Assembly (NCBI GenBank): GCA_964304625.1
Contig: OZ199838.1
Location: 13,803,002 to 13,867,001 of the forward strand
Length of the DNA stretch: 64,000 nt
Direction: 5' to 3'
Origin: Kudoa neothunni
Lineage: Eukaryota; Animalia; Cnidaria
The translations under genes and the position numbers were made by a program. Below, piece by piece: positions 1-11,489 of this stretch. The notes below the pieces were generated by a model that saw nothing but the letters and a program-made list of their open reading frames with translations, was not told where the DNA came from and made no database searches. The stretch's first letter is position 1. Every line of letters begins with the position of its first letter.

Positions 1-420
1 GATATCAGACGTGTCTTTTTTTAAATCTTCAGGTCGTTTGCGTAATAATCCAAGATTGTATTTCCACTTTCTTTTCCATAATCTAATGCGTTCTCTTCGG
101 TCTAATCGTTGCTTCATTTTTTCAATGTGATTCAATCGCCGCGACTCCCTGTTTTCGTACATCCTTATAATTTTTTCGTGCTGGTATTTGATTAAATTTC
201 TCCAAGTGAATTTTTCCAATGAGAGTTCTCGTTTTAGGTAAGCTGCTTTGTCTTCGAACGACTCAGTTCCAACCATCAATATCATTACCACAGCTGTGAC
301 AGCGTAGACTACCACTTTTCTACACATGCCCATTAAATATCTCAATGTTTCGTCTCTTGTCGAATAATGAGTGCTTGTATCCTCATCACTAAGGAGAAAA
401 TCGATGAATAACGTCATCAT
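1..420 (-). CDS. Hypothetical protein, N-terminal part running off the window; one hydrophobic segment followed by a basic helical region
   Basis: Stop-free minus-strand frame from ATG at 420: MMTLFIDFLLSDEDTSTHYSTRDETLRYLMGMCRKVVVYAVTAVVMILMVGTESFEDKAAYLKRELSLEKF...; divergent from the transporter gene. Confidence 0.55.
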   Translation of the reverse strand, partial: MMTLFIDFLLSDEDTSTHYSTRDETLRYLMGMCRKVVVYAVTAVVMILMVGTESFEDKAAYLKRELSLEKFTWRNLIKYQHEKIIRMYENRESRRLNHIEKMKQRLDRRERIRLWKRKWKYNLGLLRKRPEDLKKDTSDI

Positions 421-1486
421 CCATAACAACTGATTACAGTGTTAAATTAGGATCGTGCCGTATTGTTGTTTTATTTTGTTGAGAAAAATAGTCATCAGTT
501 ACCGTTGTCGATGAAACGGCCTGCAAGCCAACATTACACAAAATCACATGATCAATAAATCACTCTGTAAGATGTGCCAAATTTGGTTTCCGGTCGAAAC
601 CTAATCCATATTTTATGATGTTTAATGAGATGACGTCCCAAAAAGTTTTCAGGACGGCAAGCTACCCGAATGTTCATCCTTTGTTGCGCAAGCGTTTGTT
701 TTGAGATTTAAATTTGAACCGTCGCGTGATTGGGCTTTCACGATGGTTTTCTATTCGGATCATTTATTATGCACTTTTGGATGGTTTCTTATTTTTGACT
801 ATCAAGTGATAGTTGTAAGGTCGTAAGATTATAGTTGTCTTTTTTATTCTTCCTCAAGATCTCTGCTTTTTTATTAAAATGTATAATTTAATTTATATCT
901 CGTTTGAGAGTGTTTCCTATGCCACCGGTTGTAGAAGAATAGTCATATAAGCTACTTACTAAATAAACCACTTTATTGATTATTAATGATGTCGATTGTC
1001 GTAAGTTTCACACCAGTATAACTGAGTAGCTATTGACCTCTTAGCACAAGCCAATGGTGGATGAACTGTATGTTGTATTTTATAAAGATAAAATTAATCA
1101 TAGAAATGTCCTGAGAAATGAGATTTTCTTGTAAACTAACGATTTGGTTTAATTGTATAATTTAAAAGAAAAAAATATCAACTGTAGTTTAATTAAATTC
1201 ATTGCTTGACCTTATGGGTGATTATGCAGGAAGGGATCAACAGAAGATTCACGATGACGGTTAGTGTTTAAAGCGTCAGAGTTTCATAGTAAAAGTTAAT
1301 TTATCAGTGTTTTAGATGACGTAATTTGAATTGCATGCCCGACTATAACAAATGTAGTGTCTGTACAAAAAACAACCATCAATTTCATTTAATATGGTCG
1401 GCATGATAGGGTTAACACGCCCTATTATTTGGATTTCCGAACGAGGTATTTACATGAGAAAAAGGAGATTGACAAGCGGATGAAGA

Positions 1487-4102
1487 ATGAAAAAAGATAA
1501 AACAACATCACTTTCGAAAATTGGAAATTTCCTTCGAAAATGCAACGAACAGGAACCCGAAAAATTACCTCAAATTGAATGGTCACTATTTATGAGCACT
1601 CTGATGATGGTTAGCAGCTGTTTTGGGGTAGGGATTGTGACCGTGCCCTATCTCTATAAACTGTGTGATGAGTGGTACACAGCGTTGGGAATACAATCTG
1701 TATATTGTTTTCCGCATGTTAGATATATAATATATTCAACCTTTGAAATTATTACGTTAATTTGAATTGTAACACAATAAGAACTGTTTATTAATAAATA
1801 AATAAATTTTATTTCATTAAGTATATCGACAACTAATTAGCACCTAAAATACAGCACTTTGATCTAAAACATAATTCATGACCTGATTTAAATAATAAAC
1901 GATCATATTATATTTACAGGGAATATTTTGTCTTAACTTTATAAGTGGGCCCTATATCAATATTTATAGGGAAAAATACTATTGATTAATCACAAAGGCA
2001 CTATTAATAACTAATTTTTTTTATATATTTAAATGAAATAGTTGAAATATTATGTGTCTAATTAATTGTTGAGCTAACTTCAAAATGTCCATGTCTAAGC
2101 AATATTGTAATGCGTTATGTAGGCTGTAATGGTGGTGATGTTTGGAAGCTATGGTGTCTTGATATTTTGTAAAAAAAAGACTGGAGCTTATAGCTATTTT
2201 AATATGCTGGAGATTTGTTTTAACGAGAAAACAAGACTTGTTTTAGAAGTATTCTCAATAGCTCATTTCCTGGGGTATTGTGTGGCGTGTTGCATTGCGT
2301 TGAAGGACCAAGTAGTTCCAGGTAGTTCAATAATAAAATTATTCTGTATAAATAATATGTATAGTTATTCGAAATAAATTCCCAGACTCGAAACACTATC
2401 ATTGGTATAGTAGTGACGGATTTGTTACATTCAGTCTGGGTGTGGTGCTATTTCTCCCATTACTCTTCTTACGAACAGTCAATAAGCTATATTATGTCAA
2501 GTATTAGAGTCGATTTAGTTTTTTTATTTTAAATTTTCTTCCCAGTGCCTTAACTATCGTATCAGCTCTATATCTTGGGATTTATCTAACGGTGAATTAC
2601 GCCATTTATGGCTCCATACTAACTGACGATTCAAAAAAACAGTACATTCAATTTGTCTCTCCTCAAACTAACTAGTTCTTTGTAGAATTCGAGATGATTA
2701 TTCGGTGTTCGTTGTTGTTGGTCCAATGATATTTTCATTCCAGGTAACTTTTTACTCATTATTATATGTTGAAGGTATGATCACCTCTCTTTGTAGAATC
2801 ACATACATGCGATTTCCATATTTGATGCTATGAAAAAGAAATCTGCATTAAGATATATAATGATTTGTCTCGTGATGGTGGTGTCGTGTAATGTTGTATA
2901 CGCGTTGGTTGGAATTTTTGGATTTCTCACCTACACCACCGATACTAAAGGTAACATATTTTTGAACTTTACAAAAGACAACGCTTCAAGCATTATTGCG
3001 AGAATCCTTTATTTTGTCTCGTTGATAACTTCCTATGTACTCACGGCTTATTCGTCAAGGTAACTATCATGAAATGTTCTTGTTTTCATTTGAAAACTGA
3101 TATCAAAATTAGACTAGCATTACATCAACTGTTGAATTTGTTATCAAAAAAAGTGATCACATACATTGTGAAGGACGATATTACTGATTTGGTTCCTCAA
3201 AAACCAGATAAAGAAAAGAAGGATGGTTATCAGAGCTCTTGTTGTATATTGAGCGAGCCAGTATCTTCGGAAACCTCGGTATGGGAGCACCAAGAAAAGG
3301 GAGGCTATCTATGGAATGAGAATAACTGCAAGGATTCAGAGGATGAAGATTTTAAATCGTCGTCATCTTCGAGATTTTCACTTAATGGGGAGCAAAAGCC
3401 GCAACCTTCGCTAAGGCGTATTTTCGTAGTATGGCAGCTAAACCAGTGTTTCCCAACCTGGGGTCCGCGCACTAATTTTAGGTGATCTGTAAGGAGATTC
3501 CTACTCTTCAAAATTATTCTTTTATAAATTGGTGGCTATGATCATAGCAAAATTTAAAAACACAATTCTAATGCAATAATATCATAAATATAAATATATG
3601 TAGGCGATAAACCAAAAAAAGTTGGGAAACACAGCTTAACAGTGATAATAGTGTTTTATTTTTAGTGCACCCTGCACCTTCTAACTTGGACCCCACATCT
3701 TCTCAGGGCTATTTACCAACGAGAATCGATTGGTTGTTATCTGCTGTATTATGGTTTCTTGCAACCATAATCAGCACACTTTTTATGAAATCCCTCTCAA
3801 CTATTATTCAATTTTTTGGATTTACCTCCGTAGTAACAAGTCTATTCTTGCCAGGTATTGCTTTCTTTTGTAAAACCCTTTCAATCTCATTTCATTAAAA
3901 ATTAATTTCATTTATTTGATTTAATTAATTTCGTTCGATAGGACTATTATTGCTCTTTCTGTCTCTAAAAAAAACCCTTGCCGATTCAAAATCCATTGAA
4001 ACATTAATTCGATGTGTTGCGTTTGCTTTTATTATTTTGGGTAGTTACATTTTTGCTACACTTGTTTTGTGCTGCATTACAACTGGAATTACAGAAGTTT
4101 AG
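1487..4102 (+). CDS. Amino acid transporter, SLC38/AAAP (Aa_trans) family, multi-exon
   Basis: Motifs SSCFGVGIVTVPY (TM1, G.G.L..PY-like), FSFQ|NH, and YALVGIFGFLTY...GNIFLNF. GT-AG introns join exons in frame (e.g. ~1700-2122, ~2322-2374, ~2501-2545). TAG stop at 4100-4102. Confidence 0.85.
3444..3632. mobile_element. Small hAT-type MITE inside a transporter intron
   Basis: TIRs CAGTGTTTCCCAAC / GTTGGGAAACAC; near 8-bp TSD agctaaac/agcttaac. Confidence 0.75.
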
Positions 4103-4304
4103 TTATTTTGATTGGATGTTGTTCAAAATAATTTATTTTATCTTACGTTAGAAAATAGGAAATATTGTCATGTTTTATTTTATACTTTTTACTGATTCCG
4201 CACAACATAAGTTACAAAAGGACTACATTAGAACAAGAAAAAATCTCTTCTTGTCAGCTGCTTTATATTATAAGTTAATAACCCACATGTAAAATAAATA
4301 GATA

Positions 4305-6561
4305 CAATCGGACCTGGATATAGTAAGGTTTTGATTTAGACGTATATTTAAGACATTAGGAATGGTTTGAATTCTTTTTCTGTATTAAATGATAATAATA
4401 ACTTAAACTAAAGAATTTTTTTAAACAATTTTTGTTTCTAACTATGGTTTAAAACTAATCATTATGGAATTTTCTAAATCAAAGAAGGGAATTGGTGGAA
4501 TAGAGGCCGAAAAAATAAACAATTAAATCTACATGGCAACTGCTTCGGTTTTAATTTTTGTGTGAGAATTTTAGGTCAATCATCTTTGGGCGCGGTCTGT
4601 AAAATGAGAACAGTATTATTAATTCCGATATTTCTTACAATAGAAAAAGATTGTTATCTGGAAAATTTATGCTTCTTCTCGCCAATAAAATTTTTATTCT
4701 TCCCAAGGAATATTGCTAGCTGTAGCAGCCAATGAATGCTGGAATAATATATTATTTAAAATACCGCTATCAAAGTACCCTTTGTCGGGACATTCTAGTA
4801 TATGAAGAGAGCTTCGAACCGAAATTTACATTATTAGATCATGTTGGAACCCCTGAAAAATTTTGGGATAAAGTTTCTTCCTCAGCCATCATTAATAGCT
4901 TATATAAGTCAAAAATACTTAAAAAAGATATTCATGCTATTTAAAATTTTACTTAAAATCATTTAAAATAAAAACTCAATTTTTAAAATATTGCACAGGA
5001 CAAAGGTGACATACAAGGAATATTGTATATTTAAAATTTGATCGAAAACGATATCTATGAGATAAATATACTCCAACATAACATTTTTATATGCGATTAA
5101 AAAGAATGTTTAGCGTTGCCAAAAAAAGTGTATCTAGCCATGAAGAAGTAACTAAAGCAGTGACCACTAGCGACATTAAGATTAAACTTAATGCGCGGAG
5201 AATAGGATTTATGCGAAGCGATCCAGCTGGTTTATTTTATTTACATCCACCTTAACAATATGGCATTGTGGTGTTAGGTAGAGATCGCGTAACATGAGAT
5301 TGTGAGTTCGAAACCTAGTCCGGGCGTTCCTGAACTCCTAATCCGAAATTAAGCAGAAAGGCTGTAGTAATCGCAAGGAGTTACGATTTATCGTGACCCT
5401 GTTTGCAGCTGGGAAGGAAGCCTGGCGGAAGGGTAAAATTCGGGCGCTCATAAATTCATAAACGCCGGGTACAGGAACGAAATACGACCTATTAGGGGGA
5501 TTCCGTAGAGTCGACACCCGCATTCACACGACTTTCCCAGACTAATTCTGGGTTAATCCAGGGTATGGTTGGGGTCGTGGTTGCTCTGAAACGAGAATGT
5601 TTAGTGGGTTAAAATCCCACACTACCGCTAAGCGTAAGTCGCCTTAATATGACGCTGTGGTGCCTAAAATGTAAATGGAGAAAGCCTAACCAGCCCGAAC
5701 TTTACAACCTAACAAGTTGCGCCAGAGGTTTGACCCTGTCCCTGTAAACAAAAAAAATTTTCATTTACATCCAATAATGGAGTGATGCTCTCATTTGGCA
5801 ATAAAACGTTTTACATAGACATTACAAACAATTTTAAAAATGAATCTATATTTATCATCATAAATTTCTTTCTTAACTTATTATTTTTATGTGGTTTAAT
5901 GACACGGTTTATCTAATACACACAATTTGTCCATCTGAATTAATACTTTGAAGAATAACTTTCGAGAAAGTACGTCTTTTTTTAAATCGACTAGAACCAA
6001 TATAAAATGATATGGCTTTTCATTAAAACCATCTATAAAAGTGAACATTAATATACTTTGCATAAAATTAATTCTTGTCAACAGAAATTCCATTTTTTAA
6101 AATATTTTTATCCAAACGTATAAAAATTTTTTCACATCCTTTGAAAACTTTTTAAAAATTGGCAGCATCCATTTAAAGGTTAACTAATATGAGCGGGAAA
6201 AATTGTTATGCCTTAAAAGCGAATACATCATATTTGGGGTTTAAAAGTATATTTTTGTGTTCATAGATCAAAATTTATTTTTAAAAAGAAATACTCATTT
6301 TCAGCTAGACGATTTGAACCAAGAATATTGATATTGTAGGTTTACTACAAGAGGGGTTAATGGTTTCAGTTGATTTAGATTGTTTGTCAATTATTTCGTT
6401 TAGACAAACTGTTCGTGTATATATCTAAAAATACTGAAGAATTATTAGTTTAAAAAAACAAAAAATAATGATTTTTTCATTAGAAAACAAATAAACGAAT
6501 GAAACATAACTTTCTCCACTAACGTGCACGCGCAAGATATTGGTATAGCAAGGTTCGACTG
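4305..6561 (+). mobile_element. Decayed pogo/Tigger-type DNA transposon, host of SINE A
   Basis: TA-flanked TIRs: left caatcggacctggatata, right rc cagtcgaaccttgctata. DDE_1-like remnant NAGIIYYLKYRY (cf. DQGII..LK..Y) at 4732-4944. Confidence 0.65.
5250..5757 (+). mobile_element. tRNA-headed SINE-like retroposon (copy A) with poly(A) tail and TSD
   Basis: GC-richer island. A-box-like TGGTGTTAGG (~5269), B-box-like GAGTTCGAAAC (5304-5314), 3' end TGTAAAC(A)8. ~15-bp TSD ttttatttacatcca (5235-5249) / tttcatttacatcca (5759-5773). Confidence 0.8.
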
Positions 6562-8253
6562 TACCATTGTTTTGTAATGCATATCTAAAAATAGTGGTTA
6601 AAACGTATAATTGTGGCCTTATTCCGAATCAGCGACAACGAAAAAAAAGAACAAGTTGATTATTTTATTTTTACGTATTTATCAGTGTTACATCACCAGT
6701 AGGTTACTTTCGGCAATTGCCATTTACTATCACAGTAGCAATTACCGAAATCTATTGGTTCAAAGAATTTCTAGCTCCTCGCCATTATTTCAGCAGGCTA
6801 TGCCTCAAATTAAGCCGGTTCGAGAATAATATGTTATATTAACTTTTGAAGGACAACCCTGGGCTCCACGAGCCCATATACATTAACCAAATTAATCGTA
6901 GTATTAATGTACTAATTAGTGCATGAATTTGTGATCTCTCTTAAAGCTAGCTGTGTTGTACAATAACGCATTGATAAGAAAAACAATAAGAATAAATATT
7001 CTGTTAATTTTGTGAAATACAATCAAAACAAGTAATATTTCTCGTGGAATGCTCGCTACATACACTTTTTTCAAAGGAAACGCTTATTCCTACGAATTAC
7101 ATGGCTTGGACAAAAGTGGCATGGCTTTCGTCTGTTATCTTCGCAGATTTGGGTTAGGTTTGATTCATTATTGGAAAATTGATATCCAATAATTTCCATT
7201 GAGCGTTTCAAGGCGGGTTGGGCAGAAATTAATGGATTTTCGAATCTTCTTTCTTGTTCGCCCTATATTAACAATTGAGACAAATCCAATAGGAGTCTTT
7301 GTCTTCGACCAGTTTTATGGGTTCTCATGTAGGTTAGATTTCTATTTATGAAAATTACAAATGCGTTGAATGTAGCCACATCTAATAATTGGCAAAACAC
7401 CGCGAGTGGCCAACGTCGGCACTTTTCCTTGCAAGAATTTGTTGAAACACACTGATCTAATGTGTCAACGTCGTATTTTATTATTGTGGTCTAAGATTGC
7501 CTGGGACTTAGCATGGTATTCTTTACTTACATTTTGAGTACGGTGTTCTGATGAAAGAACAACCACTGCCTTGTTTTTACGCGGAACATATGAAATAAGA
7601 GTGAATACTTTGTAAAAACCAAATGGCGACGAAAATATCTTTCTTGATTTATGCGCCAAAAATTCTGGGGGTATAAAAGTTTTGCATTTACGCACAGACA
7701 CAAATATTGATGTTTTCCTTGCATACAAAGATTCAGCCAGTTTCCACGAAGTAAAATAATTGTCGAGGGTGATATTACGGCCTGCCATCCAATAGATTTT
7801 GTGTTAGAATTACTACAACATTAAAAGGTAGGTTGAATTCACGGTAACAGTCAAATTTACTCAAATATGGAATTATGTTTGAAACATAAGAGATGTCGCT
7901 CTCGCAAACAATCCAAAATTTTAAACCGTATTTCGATGGGGTTTTGGGCATGTAAACCAAAAATGAAACTCGCCCCCAAAAAGGTTACAGCTGTTCATCA
8001 ACAGTTAAATTAGGGCCTGGGATATAGCTAGTTCTACAAATGTTAGAAAATTCACCAAATATTTTTTTTATCGGTGAAAATTTATCTTGTGATCTAGGAT
8101 TGTTGTTTCTGGTCCAGTACTCATGAAAACGCAATGCTCATCGGATTTTTTAAATCTATCTCGACTCATCGCTGCGCGAAATAAGGGTCTCCCATGAATT
8201 TCATCCCACAAAATTTTTTTACTTTCCGAATTGGATTTTTAGGCACCAACTAA

Positions 8254-9804
8254 CGGCATGGCGAAAATCCGCCTAAGAACTACGAGTGCGCGATCAGGTG
8301 TGCACAATAGGAACCAACCTTTTATTGAATTATTTGCGCAAGCGTTTTGCCTTCAACTCTATGCCAGAGAAGATTGATTCCAATAAACCAAATTACATAC
8401 TTCCAAAAACCATTAGAAACGGACGAATAATTTTTTACAACAAATATGTATATGTTAAAGATTATTCTAACAACAGGAATATATTTTGGAGATGTCAGAC
8501 TCAGGAATGCAAAAGGAGATTGAAAACATTCCCATTAAATGAAATAAAAGAGACTGAAGAGAGAGGAACACATAATCACGTGATATCTGATAATGAGATT
8601 AAAAAGCTCACACTCTGTAACACAATTAAAGAATTAGCTGAGATCACTAAATACCCAACAAATAGAATATATTCAATGGCTACGAACCATGTTAACTTAT
8701 ATGACCTTCCAATTGTTCCAACAAAAATCAATATACAAAAATATACAGAATTCTAGAAAAAGAAATACGATTGAAGTTAACTATGAATCAAATCTTTGCG
8801 ATTTATGCATCAGATCGTTGCGTAATGAGAATCTAATAGTGTATGATTCGTGTTTAAAAGATCTTAATCGAATTATTATATTTTCTACATCATAAAATCT
8901 AATTCATGGGAAAATATTTGGGAAAGACTGTCCATTAGTGTATATATTAATGACAAAACTTACTGAGACCATGTATAGTAAAGTTTTATCAATTCTTAAA
9001 GAGAATAATGTTGTTTTCCCCGAATACTTAGTGATGGACCTCGAAATCCAGTCGTTTAATGCGTATAAAAAGCGTCAGGAAAAATCTCCATTAGGTTTTG
9101 CTTATTCCATTTCGGCTAATGTATTTGGAGACGAATTCAAAAGGAAGGATTCGCAAATCGTTATTCTGAGGATGCTGATTTTAAGATGTACATTAAATTT
9201 TTTCTTTCCATAGCATTTGTTCCTAAAAGTTCTGTACACGATGAATTTCAAAAGTTGAAGAATAAGGCAAGTCAATTCTCTGATGTTAATTTGGACTCAT
9301 TCATTTATTATTTTGTGAAGGATTTCGTTAAATCACTAAAATGCCCTTAGAAAATTGGAATATTTACGATCGCATTAAGGATGGGATTAATTTCACTTCC
9401 AATTCAGATGAAGCATTTAATTGCCATTTTCATAAAAGATTTGATCAATCTCACACTGGGTTGCACTCATTTATTGAGAGATTAAAAGAGGCCCAAAGCA
9501 ACACTGAACAAGAAATTCAGTTCCGTATGTGCAAGCCTAACATGATCTCTTCAGAAAAAGATCATATTGAGAAAATAGAGAAACTGAAAGATATATGCTC
9601 CAATTACGAAAAATATTATGAAACTCATTATTTAGAAGTAATCGCCACAACATATAATTGGACTTTAGAATAACTAATATATTATAATTTTATTTTTTTG
9701 ATATTTATTTTTGCTACAATATCAATGTTCGCAAACGTTCTAAACAGGAAGCGGATTATAGAGTTTACCTTTGCGCGTGCGTTTGGCAAGATTTCGCCGT
9801 ACGG
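8254..9804 (+). mobile_element. MULE (Mutator-like) transposon with FLYWCH + MULE transposase pseudogene
   Basis: FWRC...C...HNH FLYWCH finger; VMDLE; WNIYDR...TSNSDEAFN. Imperfect TIRs catggcgaaaatccgcc / ggcaagatttcgccgtac; frameshifts. Confidence 0.85.
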
Positions 9805-10132
9805 AATCACGCGACCTATTTACAGTTTGTAAGTGCTATATCGTAAAATCTAGACCATAGCGAACCTTTAAACTCATCATCTACGCTAAAAATTATTGTT
9901 TCTTTAATTGTATCAATAAAATGTGGGGTAATTTTCTATCCTAAAGTCCATCGGAGGGTGGAAAATGTATATTTCCGCCAATTCAATAGATAAAAATTAT
10001 TTTCTTTTGATATGTAAATAAAATTATTTCGAAGAAATACAAATAATCTCAAAAAGTTTGAAATTATAAGCAACGAATTACACAATAAACAAAGTCTCAA
10101 TGGGGTAGATTTCTATCCCAAATCCATTAGAG

Positions 10133-10869
10133 CAGTCGTTTTCAACCGGGATTCCGCGAAACTCGCCTAGAGGATCAGCGGCAGGAATACTCATATACAT
10201 TTTTTATCGGCATCTAAGTTTAAATAAATGTTGCCGATATGTTTGGCGATGTCGAATATGAACAATTTTTACCATTTTAATTCATTATTATTCTCATAAC
10301 AGGTACCTAAATTTAGAATAATTTTAATAATAATGATTTTAAACCATTTAATTTGTTAAAAACTCACTGAATGTGAATGTTTGTAGCGGTGCTCCAAAAA
10401 TCTGAGTTCGTTTTTGAATGTAAGAGCCCGAATTTCATCAAATTTTGCTATCGTTTTGTCTTTTTTCCTTTAAAAATTTTCTACATAGCAAGAATTTTGC
10501 GATATCAGGGATTGCGTTATTCTGCCGCCATTGAAACAACAGAAAGTGAATGACTCATGCTTGCTTTCACTTATGAACAACTTACAAAAAGTTATCGCTT
10601 TTGATTCAACGCTTTAACATGGGGACAAAAAATATCCAAATATTGTAGCTATAATACGAAGTCATCAGTCCCAAATATCACATTAGTTCTTATTTATTTT
10701 GAATACAAAATAAACTTTGAAAATATCTCTGTTATTTTTTTGGTGAGCGCGCGTGAAAATTTTAAAACTTGTATTTTATTTATTAAGGTTTAATTTTATA
10801 TGTGGGGAACCGCGAACAAATTTTAATCTCGCTGAGATTCGGCGGTTCCAAAATGGTTGAAAACCACTG
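10133..10869. mobile_element. Non-autonomous hAT element (CAGT...ACTG)
   Basis: TIRs CAGTCGTTTTCAACC / GGTTGAAAACCACTG; perfect 8-bp TSD CATTAGAG (10125-10132, 10870-10877). Confidence 0.88.
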
Positions 10870-11489
10870 CATTAGAGGGTGCGGGTTCAATATTTTTCTT
10901 GTCAACAAATTCCGATCTGCCCCTTTATGTCCGGCGAAAATTTTGGTAGATGCCCGATTGGAGTTAGCATCTTTGAGGGAAGCTTTGGAAGTTATAACGT
11001 TAATTGAATTTCTGAGATTAGCGGATTTTAATCTCATTATTGAAATCAAGTAATTCTCTTCACAATCTTAACCCCTATAAAATCGCCATTTATAAATGAG
11101 TTCGGAATTTTTAGTGTCAATAATAAATTATGAAAAAAAATTTAAACTATTAGAAGGCACATAAATATCGATTTATACGGAAATTATTATGCTGCGCGTG
11201 CGTGTCTATGGACATCAATACACCTGCAGTCCTCTTTTATATGTATAAGGAAATGGATGAAAATTTTATTCGCATTTTAAATTTAACATGTAAAGAAATT
11301 AATAATTATTTTTTATAGATTTAGAAAATGAAAGGGAGTGATTTAGATGAGAAATGCTCTCTTAATTTCAATTTTTTGACTGATTAATAAAAAAAAATAG
11401 TTCGTAAAAAGAGAGAATATATTACGTGATAATTAAATTTTACTAAAAGCAATTACACGTTTGACATAATTAATAACAAAAATGTGGAT

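Larger units (their letters stand above)
6843..10880 (-). mobile_element. Decayed piggyBac (PGBD4-like), interrupted by a MULE and a hAT MITE
   Basis: Fragments FRAAMSRDRF, TVDEQL, YMPKTPSKYGLKFW, ITLDNYFTS, VVVLSSEH. Left end resembles the piggyBac end at 37935; right end tccattagaggg is split by the MITE. Confidence 0.8.

Noticed and set aside
5262-5330. Functional tRNA gene
   Set aside because: A/B-box-like motifs are present but no convincing cloverleaf, and the sequence is contiguous with a TSD-flanked, poly(A)-tailed element, so it is a SINE head.
5580-5620. Hammerhead ribozyme in the SINE tail (CTGAAACGAG / CTGAGACGAG)
   Set aside because: Does not match the CUGANGA core, and no properly placed GAAA/NUH elements are seen in either copy.
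5560-5760. Fanzor/TnpB omega-RNA or IS200/IS605 end
   Set aside because: No RuvC/TnpB-like ORF anywhere in the window; the poly(A) tail and long TSD indicate retrotransposition.
10783-11053. Short ORF-track entries here and elsewhere (e.g. 17647-18106, 28727-29035, 46822-47340, 59262-59702) as genes
   Set aside because: They lie antisense to real coding sequence or span TE junctions, with no recognisable motifs.
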